Of a DNA stretch of 64,000 nt, positions 50,958 to 63,827 are shown in pieces. Where the stretch lies: assembly GCF_001194135.2 (NCBI RefSeq), contig NC_068993.1:25465272-25529271 (forward strand), read 5' to 3'. Each line of letters starts with the position of its first letter. The first letter of the stretch is position 1. Source of the DNA: Octopus bimaculoides (Eukaryota). A model generated the notes under the pieces. That model worked only from the letters and a program-made list of their open reading frames with translations, was not told the DNA's origin and did no database searches. The translations under genes and the position numbers were made by a program.

Positions 50958-51254
50958 TGTAGTCAAAGGAAAGGGTAAGGGAGGCAACTCTGAAATCCAA
51001 ATTAACAAAATGTAATGAGGCACACAGAGGAGAATGAATTTTATCTTGATTACAGAAACAGCTTGCGAAATGTTTCAGTCTTATTAGTTCTCCTCAGTGA
51101 AGTATTGTCTTACTACTCTTTGCCAGACACTAACCTTAAATGACTGAGAAATATAAAGATTTTGAATGAGTAGACATTAATAAACATGGTTATATAACAG
51201 AATAATGGGAAACCCTTCTGCAGAATAATAGATAAACAGTTAAGTAAGTCTGTA
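50958..51254 (+). repeat. Direct repeat of about 300 bp, copy 1 (copy 2 at 54011-54305)
   Basis: Colinear match, roughly 85-90% by eye. Confidence 0.88.
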
Positions 51255-51770
51255 GAGGCACCTGAGTAAGAAATTGTTACAAAAAGCTGTTAATCAATGC
51301 ATTGTTTTGAATCATCATTATTATCATTGTCATTGTTTGAATCATAAGCACAGTGAACAAATCTTGCAGTATTTCTTGTAGCTCATTATTTTCTGAGCTC
51401 AAATCTCACTGAGATCAATTTTGCCTTTAATCCCTCCTAGATGGATAAAATAAAGTACCAATCAAAAACTAAGGGTTCATTTAATTAACTAAACCTCTCA
51501 CCTGGAATTTCTAACTTTATGCTTAATTTACAGACAATTACTATAATTATGGATACAGAGGTTGTTTACTGTATTTTGTGTCAGCTTCTCCCAGTCACGT
51601 AGGATGTTAAAATTGTTGTAATATGAATTAATGAGTTGCAAATGTTAAAAGACTTGGTATGGTAGCAATATTATGTTTATATAAGATGAGCTGGCAGAAT
51701 CGTTAGCACACCAGGCAAAATGCTTAGCAGCATTTCACCTGTCTTCACATTCTAAGTTCAAATTCCACGA

Positions 51771-53641
51771 GGACATTTTCCTTCAGACAGTTCACTGTAG
51801 AGACAGATCTTGGGAAGGCAATGTTCATTCATCCAACGGACGTGACCTGACCATCGGAGATGATGTTCAATGATCAAGGCTTTGATGCTCAGGAGACCTG
51901 ATCTTTCAAGCACAGAGTTGTTGGTGATGTGATCTTCTCAGTTGATGTTCAGGATAGAGCGAAGTTTGGATTGATGGAAGTGCTCTAGTTTCTTCATGTC
52001 CTTATGGTAAACAGTCCAGGTTTCACACCCATCCAGATGAGTTGATACGACAACAGCCCGATAGACCATGAGCTTTGTTTTGAATGTCAGATCCTTGTTG
52101 CAAAAGACCCTGGTTTTGAGACGACCAAAAGAGGCATGACCTGATTGGATGCGATGTTCGATATCCTTACCAGATCCTTCAGTGAGTGACAGAAAACTTC
52201 CAAGATAGCAGAAATCCTCGACGACCTCAATTGATTGGTTGTTGATGGTGATGTTGGGGCTGTCAAGGTTGGTACGAGGAGCTAATTGAGGGAGCACTTT
52301 GGTTTTGGCGATGTTCACTTTCAGGCCGGAGGTTTGATAAGCTCTGCTGAAGTTGTTTGTTGAGGTTTGGAGGTCCTCTGCAGTTGAATCTGGGGCTGCG
52401 TATCATCAGCGTATTGAAGCTCAGTGATCTTGTGCTCTTGACAGTGACGCCTTGATGAGAACTGCGAGATGTTGAAAAGTCTGCCATCAAATCTACATCT
52501 GAGTTTCACTCCAGGGTTGTCTGTTAGAATTTTGGAGAGCATGGCAGTGATGTAGAGAGAAAACAGGGTTGGAGCAAGAACAGATCCCTGCTTCAGGCCA
52601 CAGGTAATCTTGAATTCATCAGAGATGTCAGTCTGATAAAGGGCTCTTCCCCTCATTTCATCATGGAAACCTTGATCAGCGAAATGAAGCCTCCAGGACA
52701 ACCGTAACGATGCAGGATATCTCACATGACCTCTCTTGGGACACTGTCAAAAGCTTTTTCCAAGTCGTAGAAGATGAAAAAGACAGGTTTCTGCTGCTCC
52801 TGGCTCTTCTCCTGGATCTGATGTGCACAAAAGATCATGTTGATGGTACCTCTTGACCTTCTGAAACCACACTGTGACTCAGGAAAGACTGACTCAGCTA
52901 CCACTTGGAGACGTTGTAAGAAAATTCGAGCGATGATCTTGCCTGCGATTGAAAGCAGAGAGATGCCACGATAGTTACCACAGAGGCTCCTATCTCCTTT
53001 CTTGAAGATGGTGACAATGATTGCATCTTTGAGATCTTGAAGAATCTGTTTCTTCTCCCAGATCTGAAGAATCAGCATGAAGAGTCTTGCCTGAAGAGCA
53101 GGTCCACCTGCTCTGAGGAGTTGAAAGAGAATGTTGTCGGGTCCAGGAGCTTTGTAAGGTTTCATTTGATTGAAAGCAGTCATGAATTCGATATGGGAAG
53201 GGGAACATGACAGTTTCAGTCTGACAAGGTGTTGAGGAATGTTCTTCAGCGGGTTTTCAGAAGCAGTGGTTTGACTCAAACAGTCTTGAAATCTCCACCC
53301 TGATTGATGCCAAGCGATCGGCACTCATTAAACATCTGAACAACCCCTCATGTTCCACAAAACTCACCAGATTCAAGGAAGCCAAGTCACTCTACCAAAG
53401 AAGGATTCGTGAGATCAAGAATCAATGGTGGCAAGCCAAAACTGTCCAACTTCAATCCTTTGCTGACAGCCATGACATGAGGAACTTTTTTGCTGGAACC
53501 AAGGAAATCTACGGTCCCCAAAGATCATCAACATCCCAGCTGAAAACAGCAGACAACTCAACTGTCATCACCGAGAAGGATGGGATTCTTCATCACTGGA
53601 AAGAACACTTCGAAGCCTTGTTGAATCACTTATCCACTGCT
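51771..53641 (-). mobile_element. RTE-clade LINE with an inverted 5' segment (53267-53641 on +, 53269-51771 on -); 3' end lost
   Basis: Minus strand: KAPGPD, NYRGISLLSIAGK, SQCGFR, DLEKAFD, KQGSVLAP, LQYADD, YLGS, ETWT, GHVRW. Plus strand: stop-free WFD...MRNFF..GP..LKTAD..WKEHFEALLN. Confidence 0.95.
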
Positions 53642-54010
53642 AGCAAAATACATATTTAATAAAAATGTAATATAAGTAAACAAAAATAAAGAGAAAGACA
53701 ATAATGAGGGTTAGTTGAGAAGGGGACACATGAATTTTGATTACTTCCTAGTAACCAAATATAGTATAAACCGTTCATTGATTTACATTGTTATGAAGAG
53801 AGAGACGTTCCATGTTTGCCCCTACACAGCATCATGATATATTGAATACAAAAAGAGCATGCTATTCTGCCACCTTAATTTTTAGTAAAGAGTATGTCAG
53901 AGTGGTGGGGTTTTGAACATACTTAATGCAGTAAGTCCCAAAATTCAATCAGTTTAATCACATACACTTACAGTAAGGAAATGAATAAATAAATAACACC
54001 AATGATCAAT

Positions 54011-54305
54011 TGTAGTCAAGAAGGGTAAGGGAGGCAACTCTGAAACCCAAATTAATATAAAATGTAATGAGGCACACAGAGGAGATTGAATTTGATTTTG
54101 GGTACAGAAACAGCTTGTGAAATGTTTCAGTCTTATTAGACCTCCTCAGTGAAGTATTGTCTTACTACTTTTTGCCAGACACTAACCTTAAATGACTAAG
54201 AAATATAAAGATTTTGAATGAGTAAACATTAAAAGACATGGTTATATAACAGAATAATGGGAAAGCCTTCTACAGGATAAAAGCAAATAGTTAAGTAAGT
54301 ATGTA
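54011..54305 (+). repeat. Direct repeat of about 300 bp, copy 2
   Basis: Matches 50958-51254. Confidence 0.88.
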
Positions 54306-54439
54306 AGGTGTGAGGACTAATGTAGCAAGCTGAAAAAATATTTAATCAGATAAAATTACAAAGAGGGAAAAAAATCATTTCCGAGATTAATTGTGGCGAG
54401 GAAAGGCAAGGGCAACAACTCTGAAATTTAAAATTAAAC

Positions 54440-54597
54440 TTTGAAGCCACCAGAAGAGAAAAAGAAAAAAATCAAGCAACAAGAGAGATAGGTTCAACAG
54501 AATCGACCTTATCCTCCACCAACATTACCATGCAGTCAATGCCATTGACTCTTGTATGCGAGAATTGGTTTAATTAGTCATCAACACCATCACCATA
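54440..54597 (+). mobile_element. Isolated RTE 3' fragment with the C-terminal C2H2-like motif
   Basis: RPYPPPTLPCSQCH*LLYARIGLISHQHH matches the RTE C-terminal C-x2-C..IGL.SH pattern. Confidence 0.7.
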
Positions 54598-54794
54598 AAG
54601 AAAGTGTTCAGCAAAGAAGAAACTAAATTCTCAGATACAAGATAAAGTCACTGCTACTGCTGCTGCTGTAGATTGGGAGCAAGCAATGGGGAATGGATCT
54701 GATGTCTGGTAATAAGGTATGTGTGTGTTTGTGTGTGTGTGAGTGTGATGATCCAGGTGACATGATACTCAACACAGAGATGTTATTTGGACAG

Positions 54795-54995
54795 TATGAT
54801 AATCCTTTCTACTATAGGCACAAGGCCTGAAATTTGGGGAAGGAGGATAGTCAATTACATTGACCCCAATGCTCCACTGGTACTTATTTAATTGACACCG
54901 AAAGGATGAAAGGCAACGTCGACCTCAGAGGAATTTGAACTCAGAACATAAAGATGTAAAAGCATGCTAACAATTTTGCCAGCTTGCTGCCTTTT
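54795..54995 (-). mobile_element. tRNA-derived SINE, family B
   Basis: Colinear with 17378-17625. Confidence 0.8.
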
Positions 54996-55483
54996 CACAG
55001 TATAATAATGGAATGTCTCTGACCATATATGTATGTAAGGTTTGTATGGTTGTAATAAACTTCAGTGTTAATCATTTGATCTAAGTCTCATTCTCTTCTA
55101 ACTGTAACTATGATAACATTTAAATAATCTGTGATCAATCTTGGGTTGTGTAAAGAATACATTTCTTCATTTGAACAGAGTTTTACCAACTCTACTTCCA
55201 GCAACAAACAAACTTGTGGAAAAATTCAAATTAAGATTTTAGGTCTTTTATGTTTTATCTTTCACTTGTTTCCTCTCATCTAACTGTGGCCATGCTGGGG
55301 CACCACCTTCAACGGTTTTTGTTAAACAAATTGACCCCAGTACTTTTTTTTTAAACCTAGTACTTATTCTATTGGTCTCTTTTGCCAAACTGCTAACTTA
55401 TGGTGATATAATCACACCAACACTGGTTGTCAAGTGATGGTGGTGGAGGGACAAACACGCACACACACACGCATGCACACACA

Positions 55484-55543
<60 letters not shown>

Positions 55544-57246
55544 TTTCAGGATTCAAAAGAATCAGGTATTAAAATAGTAAAAGAACCAAAGTAAAGTCGG
55601 GGATAGAGCACCTGTGTACCAACAATGTATACTGACATACACACACTTACTAAAGTAAATATGGATGTGTACTTCCAGTTATGCATACATTCACAAGTAA
55701 CTGACTACACAATGTATCATCAAAGTCATACTAGGGGTACACTCGCTGCACATACTCCACTTCAACTACAAACTCCAGATCCAAACCTATGGAGGGTTCT
55801 GTATTGTAGTTCACTACAGCTGTTTCAGACATGTTCTATATTGATTTCAGCAGGAAATCAGGTTGGGTGAGTCATCTGGTACCACGTCCAGTTTTGCGAG
55901 AAGTTCTTGTTGTTATCTGAACCCATTCAGCTACTGTGCTTGGATAGGTAGGATCAGTGGCCACTGATAAAAAGATTTGAACCAAAGGGGCTGCAGAGAT
56001 GTTAGTAAAGTGCCACCTAGGGGTTCTGGGAGTGCTAGTTGCTGAATTTGGTTTGAAGCTGAGCATGGTCTTTGTGCCCTCAGAAAGGAATAAGGCAGAC
56101 ACTCTAACCATGGTGAAAAAGGCCTTGCTGGTGGTACTGAAAGATTCAGAGCAGGGGATAGCAGTGGTGTGTCAGCTAGGTAACTCGAAACTAAGGAGAC
56201 TGCACACAATGCATCATATGGGCATGGATAGAACCCTGTATCTTGCCTGGAAAGTTAACTCTGAAGTTACTAGGCAGAGCACTTAAAAAGTGGTTGGAAG
56301 CTGTGACAGGTATCAATCCATCAACCCTGTTCTGGGTGTGCACAAGCCGGGAAATATCTCACCACTAGAAGCAGTATTTTGGTACAGTGTATCACCCCAG
56401 TCAGGACGGGCTGAGGAGTCCATGCCACACAGAATGATATTCAGGTATGAATGATATCACCTGTGTACAACATCACAACACACTGTGGAAGAGTGAGAGC
56501 CTGCTTTCAGCCAGGTGGGAGATGAAGTCTGGGGCAAGCCCCCAAAGGTATGTTGCTCATCTCAGTGGAATAGAGAAACTGACGGCTTCTAATTCCAAAA
56601 ACAATGTCCCTGTGGATGGAATGCCATGTCATGTCTTGGATGGCTAGAGAATTGTTGCTTCATTGGACGGAGAAGGTGAATGAGAGGAAGCAAGTGGTAC
56701 TCCATACCTGTGGAGATGATTGTGAGTGAGATGTCCACACAGGTGAATGGCAGCTTTCAACATGGAGTGAAGTAAAGAGGTGATCTTTGAGATCAGGTGG
56801 GTATGTGGGGATGAGGTAAATGGAAGGAAAGGGTCAGTTATGTCAATGGTTGAGGGGCCTTACTGGAAGAGGAAGAGGGAGTGAAGATGTCAGTGGAAGT
56901 AGGACCAGCATGGGCCTCTTTTGCCTTGGGCAGTCGTTGTGGATTGATGCATGTGGATGTGTGTGTGAGACAGGGCTTTAGCAGCAGGTTCTAGTGGTAG
57001 GTCAAATGGGTAGAGCGCATCTTGGATTTAACCTAGCTAGACAGTCGACTCTGAGAGATAGGTGAATTGCACTTTGCTCCTCACATTACAGTTCCCTCTT
57101 ACTACATTAATTCTTACCTGTATTCACCTGATGAAAACGTTTTTTTTTTCCTTGCATGAAGTGACACTTTTGTTCCTCAATAAAGAATACGTCTGAAACA
57201 GTTGTAGTGAACCGCAACCCATTTGTGTTATTATATATATATATAT

Positions 57247-57364
57247 NNNNNNNNNNNNNNNNNNNNNNNNNNNNNNNNNNNNNNNNNNNNNNNNNNNNNN
57301 NNNNNNNNNNNNNNNNNNNNNNNNNNNNNNNNNNNNNNNNNNNNNNNNNNNNNNNNNNNNNNNN
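57247..57364. other. Assembly gap
   Basis: N run. Confidence 1.
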
Positions 57365-57735
57365 TACCAACTGCATGATTCCGGGTTCAGTCCCACTGTG
57401 TGGCACCTTGGACAAGTGTCTTCTACTATAGCCCCGGACTGACCAAAGCCTTGTGAGTGGATTTGGTTGACGGAAACTGAAAAAAGCCCGTCGTATATAT
57501 GTATATGTATATATATATGTGTGTGTGTTTGTGTGTCTGTGTTTGTCCCACCAACATCGCTTGACAACCGATGCTGGTGTGTTTACGTCCCCGTAACTTA
57601 GCGGTTCGGCAAAAGAGACCGATAGAAGTACTAAGCTTACAAAGAATAAGTGCTGGTGTCGATTTGCTCAGCTAAAGGCAGTGCTCCAGCATGACCGCAG
57701 TCAAATGACTGAAACAAGTAAAAGAGTAAAAGAGT
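57365..57735 (+). mobile_element. tRNA-derived SINE, family A, little decayed (CpGs retained)
   Basis: Body and tail complete; the 5' end runs into the gap. Confidence 0.85.
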
Positions 57736-57753
57736 ACACACACACGCATATAT

Positions 57754-57828
<75 letters not shown>

Positions 57829-58609
57829 CATATATATACACACACAATGTGCTTCTTTCAATTTCCATCTACCAAATCCACACAAGGCTTTGGTTGGCCC
57901 AAGGCTATAGTAGAAGACACTTGCCCCAAGGTGGATTTGACATTATTGATGAGAATGAACTGATAGAATCTGCTGGTAAATACCAAGCTGCTAACTTGAC
58001 ATGTGGTTTTGAGGCCTGCCTGTTGTCAAGTCTTTGTTTTCACCTTTCTCACTAAGACTACACTTATTTTAGATACATTAATACAACCATTCCTCTCCTC
58101 ATCTCTGAGACTCCTGGGTATCGACAAAGAAATACTAGAAATCCGTGAGCTGAATTCAAAATTTGTTGAACTGGCTTTTTAAAAGTCTTGCATTTATGGA
58201 AAAATTCATCCAACAATTTAGGACTTGTAGATCTTGGAGATTTACAAAGTTTGTACTAGGGTCATGAGCAGAGTTCAAAATTTGTTGATTAGACAGACAT
58301 TTCAAAAACCTGGAGTCTGTGAGAAATAAAAGAAGGCCTTGTTTGTGAAAGAGATGGGAACAACTGTATTAATATAGTTTCATTACTTTCATTTCTTATT
58401 ATTGTCTACTATATAGGGATCTAATTAAATCAGTTGTTAATGAAAATAGCAAAAGAGTGCAGTATAAATTTAGAAAGACTGCAATGAGAATTATTTAATT
58501 AGTTTCATTGACCAGTTGAAGAGTCAGTAGATTTATGTCTTAAGATTGATTGAATAACCAAAGTATTTTACATACATACATACATATATACATACATACA
58601 TACACACAC

Positions 58610-58641
<32 letters not shown>

Positions 58642-58796
58642 ATGGATATTAGATATCAAATATACACATACACGCTGACACATATATGTATAGCTCTACA
58701 CATTGTATGTATGCAAATCTGTATATCTATATCTGTATGTACAGACACACACACACACACACACACATCAACAGAAAGAAAGAGAAAAAGATAAAG

Positions 58797-58838
<42 letters not shown>

Positions 58839-59117
58839 ATAGATAGAATGGATTTAATATAAATTTCACTTACAAGATAAATGAATTTAATGATCACTAT
58901 TGTAACATTATTTCACTATCCTGTATTCAAACAAAGGAATTAATTCAGTTATTTCATATGGTCTGATAATGGTACAGCATGATTTATAGACTATCTGGTA
59001 ATATGAATAGGACACAGTTCCAGATGAATATCCAATCTTAGCTTTATGGTAGCTAGATGTGAGAACATAGATGGTCTCATGATAATTCATGAACCGATGA
59101 CATATACACACGCACAT

Positions 59118-59166
<49 letters not shown>

Positions 59167-60605
59167 GCACACATGCAACACAAACGCACACATCTATTTG
59201 TATGTGGGTGTATACATACACACACACACATACACGCACACATTCACACACACATACACCTTATATATATATCATCATCATCGTCATCATTTAATGTTCA
59301 TGTTCCATGCTAGCATAGGTTGGATTGTTTGACAGGATCCAACATGTGCAAAGACTGCATCATGCTCCAATGTCTGCTTTGGTATGGTCTTTACAGCTGA
59401 ATGCCCTTCCTAACATCAACCACTTTACAGCATACACTGGGTGTTTTTTATCATAGCACCAGCACTAGTAAAGTCACTCTTCAGTTTGCAAAGCTAAAAC
59501 CCTCTCTGATTAAGTGGGGGTGCTCTATGCCATGGGATGTGAAGTTAAAGTGAGAGAGAAAGGGCCCGGAAAGAATAAGTTTCTTGCTGTAGAGCTTACA
59601 CAGTAACTCACATTACACTGTGTACATGATTTTTGTCCTTGCATAGCAACTGTTATTTCTTATTTGCTTACCCCTAGAAAGTATGAAAAATGGCTAATAT
59701 TTCCTTGAAACTTTACTTTTGTTACATTTATTCAAAACCCCTAAAATCCTTCTCAACACATGCCTATGATGCTCTCCTACTACTCTTGCTCATGATCAGG
59801 GATGCACATATTGTCTGTGATTAAGGGACATGCTCAAGTGGTTAAGGTCAAACAACTGACAAGGATATCTGTGATATTGAGCAGAATATTCGCTATAATG
59901 ATATTTCTGCTTCAGCAACTCAGTGCTGAATCTAGCTGAAATGTAATGGAAAATAGGTCAGTTTCAAAACATTGATGTCCAGGCGACAAAAGCAAAGTTT
60001 GAAGGGAATAGTAGTCATTTCCTTTGATTTCTAGATAGAAGCAAATAGGAAATAACACTTACTGACCAAAGACAAACATATTAAAATTTTGTTACAGTGT
60101 TACAGAAGAGAAAGTGGGAGAGGTTGGAGTAGGACTGTAGAGATATGAATATAATAGTGACGGGGGTGGGGGTCAGAGTAGGTCCTTAAGATATAAGGTA
60201 AATAAAAGTGAGAGAGGTCAGGAGAATAGGAAGTGTAAGTGGGTAGAGGCTGATAAAGTGTATGGGGAAAGTGGGAGACAGGGGAGAGGGATGATAAGTA
60301 GAGTAGGTAGGAGAGAGGGAAAAATAGGCGACAACTGCAGAAATTTGATAGGGTTGAGAGTAGTTGAAGGTTGACCAATGATGAATTGAAAGGAGTTAGA
60401 GGGGAGGAAATGGTTGACAGTGTAGTAAAGTGGGTGGGGTGGTGAAGAGCAGCAGAATAAGAGTACCCAGAAGAACTTTCCAAGGAGTCTCGTGGTCACC
60501 CTTGCTTTTCTGCTTGACTCTGACAAACCTGTTAAATGACTAACAAACTTGTTAAATGAAACCACCATGGATTACAGATAGGGGCAACAAAAAAAAAAGG
60601 GACAA

Positions 60606-60971
60606 CAAAACATCCAGATGGACGATACAGAGAAAACAAGGACGGGTCATTCGGAGTTTCCTATCCTCAGTCGAATTCCAGATTATCTTTGCAATTTTAG
60701 ATGGTTATACTCAAGATTGCTCCAATCTGGCCAGCCCCAAGGAAAACCTAAGCTAAGAGTATTAGATTCCTTGGAAGAAAGCAGCGAATGTATTGCTTTC
60801 TTCCAAGGAATCTAATGCTCTTAGATTAGTTTTTCCTTGGGGCTGGCCAGATTGGAGTGATCTCGAGTATAACCAGCTGAAATTGCAAAGATAATCTGGA
60901 ACTCAACTGAGGATAGGAAACTCCGAATGACCCGTCCTTGTTTCCTTTGTATCGTCTGTCTGGATGTTTTG
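60606..60971. repeat. Long inverted repeat: 178-bp arms with a 10-nt spacer
   Basis: 60606-60783 against the reverse complement of 60794-60971: 14 substitutions, no indels (hand count). Confidence 0.95.
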
Positions 60972-61739
60972 CGTTCTTGTACCATTTTTGTATTTTTTAT
61001 TATCTTTCATTTTTGTTTGTGTTTTCCCTCCACTTACTCCATTCTGTTCCAATATACATATATATATATATAAACACGCGAACTCACTTCGTCCCTACTT
61101 TCAAGTTCGTGCCTCACAGCGTTCATACACACATAATTTTTCTCGTCTGGCCGTAAAGCCTTTTCTGTTTGTTTTCCTGTCTTGTTTTTTGTCCGCCACT
61201 ACATTCCTCCATGGCAAGATTTAATTTGCGTATACAAATTTAATCTGCAGTCCATGGGATGAGCCGTTTTAACGATGCATCCTGCCCAAGCTCTTCGAAA
61301 CGCCGGTGTTAAAATGTGGGTAGCTGATGAAGTAGAATGTTCTCTATGTGGCTTGTGTGTTTTCTCGTCTCTGTTTTGTTTGTAATGTCCTGTACCCAGA
61401 TATGCACCTATACATACAGGTGGATGTCAGTATGCACATACCTGTACGTATATATGCATATACTCATTTACTATTTGTTTTTATATATATATATATATGT
61501 ATATATGCGTGTGTGTGTGTGTGTTTACACTCTAATTTACACCTCTTTAATCCTGAAACGCATATTCAGTTAATCAAAGCCGGGTAGATTTGTTATTTTT
61601 TCTTTTTGCCTGTGAGAGTTGTGAGTGCTGCTCTCTCGGCAATATATTATGGTAGTGGAATAGTATTTAACTGCTATTTCTAAATTTCAGTATGTGGTGA
61701 AGCAATTTTTGCTGAACCCTAATTTTAATTATATATATA

Positions 61740-61777
<38 letters not shown>

Positions 61778-62147
61778 AGTGAAGGCACATGGCTTAGTGG
61801 TTAAGGTGTTGTACTCATGATTGCAAGATTGTGTGTTTGATTCCCAGACTGCATGTTGTGTTGAGTTCTTGAGCAAAGCACTTCATTTCACGTTATTCTG
61901 CAATCATTTTGACATCTGACATGTGTCACCCATTGCACCTGTACAGGTGATGTCGATCTGATGGAGGGAGTGAGCTTATGTCTACACAAACATTCGATCA
62001 CTATAAACAAATCATCTGAGTGGTTGTTCAGTAAGAAATTGTTGAACCTTTATATGTCATCATCTAACAACTTGAGAGTCCATCATACATATATCATCAT
62101 CATCATCCTCATTTAACGTTGCTGGCATGGGTTGGACGGATGTATGA

Positions 62148-62243
<96 letters not shown>

Positions 62244-63079
62244 NNNNNNNNNNNNNNNNNNNNNNNNNNNNNNNNNNNNNNNNNNNNNNNNNNNNNNNNN
62301 NNNNNNNNNNNNNNNNNNNNNNNNNNNNNNNNNNNNNNNNNNNNNNNNNNNNNNNNNNNNNNNNNNNNNNNNNNNNNNNNNNNNNNNNNNNNNNNNNNNN
62401 NNNNNNNNNNNNNNNNNNNNNNNNNNNNNNNNNNNNNNNNNNNNNNNNNNNNNNNNNNNNNNNNNNNNNNNNNNNNNNNNNNNNNNNNNNNNNNNNNNNN
62501 NNNNNNNNNNNNNNNNNNNNNNNNNNNNNNNNNNNNNNNNNNNNNNNNNNNNNNNNNNNNNNNNNNNNNNNNNNNNNNNNNNNNNNNNNNNNNNNNNNNN
62601 NNNNNNNNNNNNNNNNNNNNNNNNNNNNNNNNNNNNNNNNNNNNNNNNNNNNNNNNNNNNNNNNNNNNNNNNNNNNNNNNNNNNNNNNNNNNNNNNNNNN
62701 NNNNNNNNNNNNNNNNNNNNNNNNNNNNNNNNNNNNNNNNNNNNNNNNNNNNNNNNNNNNNNNNNNNNNNNNNNNNNNNNNNNNNNNNNNNNNNNNNNNN
62801 NNNNNNNNNNNNNNNNNNNNNNNNNNNNNNNNNNNNNNNNNNNNNNNNNNNNNNNNNNNNNNNNNNNNNNNNNNNNNNNNNNNNNNNNNNNNNNNNNNNN
62901 NNNNNNNNNNNNNNNNNNNNNNNNNNNNNNNNNNNNNNNNNNNNNNNNNNNNNNNNNNNNNNNNNNNNNNNNNNNNNNNNNNNNNNNNNNNNNNNNNNNN
63001 NNNNNNNNNNNNNNNNNNNNNNNNNNNNNNNNNNNNNNNNNNNNNNNNNNNNNNNNNNNNNNNNNNNNNNNNNNNNNNN
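62244..63079. other. Assembly gap
   Basis: N run. Confidence 1.
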
Positions 63080-63312
63080 GCCATTGCCAGTACCGCCTGA
63101 CTGGCCTTCACGCCGGTGGCACATAAAAGCACCCACTACACTCTTGGAGTGGTTGGTGTTAGGAAGGGCATCCAGCTGTAGAAACTCTGCCAAATTAGAT
63201 TGGAGCCTGGTGTAGCCATCTGGTTGACCAGTCCTCAGTCAAATCGTCCAACCCATGCTAGCATGGAAAGCGGACGTTAAACGATGAGGATGATGATGAT
63301 GATGATGATGAT
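63080..63312 (+). mobile_element. RTE-type 3' end repeat (family C) with (GAT)n tail
   Basis: ..AGCATGGAAAGCGGACGTTAAACGATGAGGATGATGATG. Confidence 0.8.
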
Positions 63313-63364
63313 ATAGATAGATAGATAGATAGAGAGATAGACAGAAAGATAGATAGAAAGATAC

Positions 63365-63780
63365 CATCATCATAATCATTGTTTAACGTCTGCTTTCCAT
63401 GCTGGCATGGGTTGGATAGTTTTATTGAGCACTGGCAAGCCAGAAGGCTGTACCAGGCTCCATTGTGATCTGACAAGGTTTCTACAGCTGGATGCCCTTC
63501 CTAACACCAACCACTCCAAGAGTGTTGTGGGTGGTTTTTACATGCTACCAACATGGGAGCCAGTCAAGCATCACTGGCAACAACCCACGCTCGAATGGTG
63601 CTTTTTATGTGCTACCAGCATGGGGCCAGTCAGGCGGTACTGGCATTGGCCACGACAATGACTTCACTTGGTTCAATAGGTCTTTGCAAGTACAGTTTAT
63701 TGCCCAATGATTGAAGGGTACTCTTAAATGGGCTGGTAATGCTGCACTGCCGTAGGCCACAGCTACGGCCTCACTTGACA
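63365..63780 (-). mobile_element. RTE-type 3' end repeat (family C), inverted relative to 63080-63312
   Basis: CATCAT..TTTAACGTCTGCTTTCCATGCTGGCATGGGTTGGA..; other copies near 15370, 16830, 29890-30070, 34860-35200 and 59270-59600. Confidence 0.8.
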
Positions 63781-63783
63781 CAT

Positions 63784-63827
<44 letters not shown>

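Noticed and set aside
55620-57110. Decayed I/Nimb-like LINE on the minus strand (also 60050-60550 and 40600-41260)
   Set aside because: Composition and faint motifs are suggestive, but I could not recover a diagnostic motif with confidence; needs a TBLASTX/Dfam search.
58330-58380. Plus-strand EGF-like peptide GLVCERDGNNCIN
   Set aside because: Only two cysteines, an upstream in-frame stop, no splice signals and the wrong strand; treated as chance.
61290-61340. Hammerhead ribozyme (GAAAC-GCCGGT-GTT ... CTGATGA) near the foldback
   Set aside because: Both core halves and a near-palindromic stem III are present, but the 13 nt between them (AAAATGTGGGTAG) cannot form stem I and stem II pairs poorly. 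An Infernal/Rfam search on the family consensus would settle it.
62119-63193. Long ORFs of 300+ aa (also 37682-38331 and 57107-57567)
   Set aside because: Artefacts of reading through N gaps.
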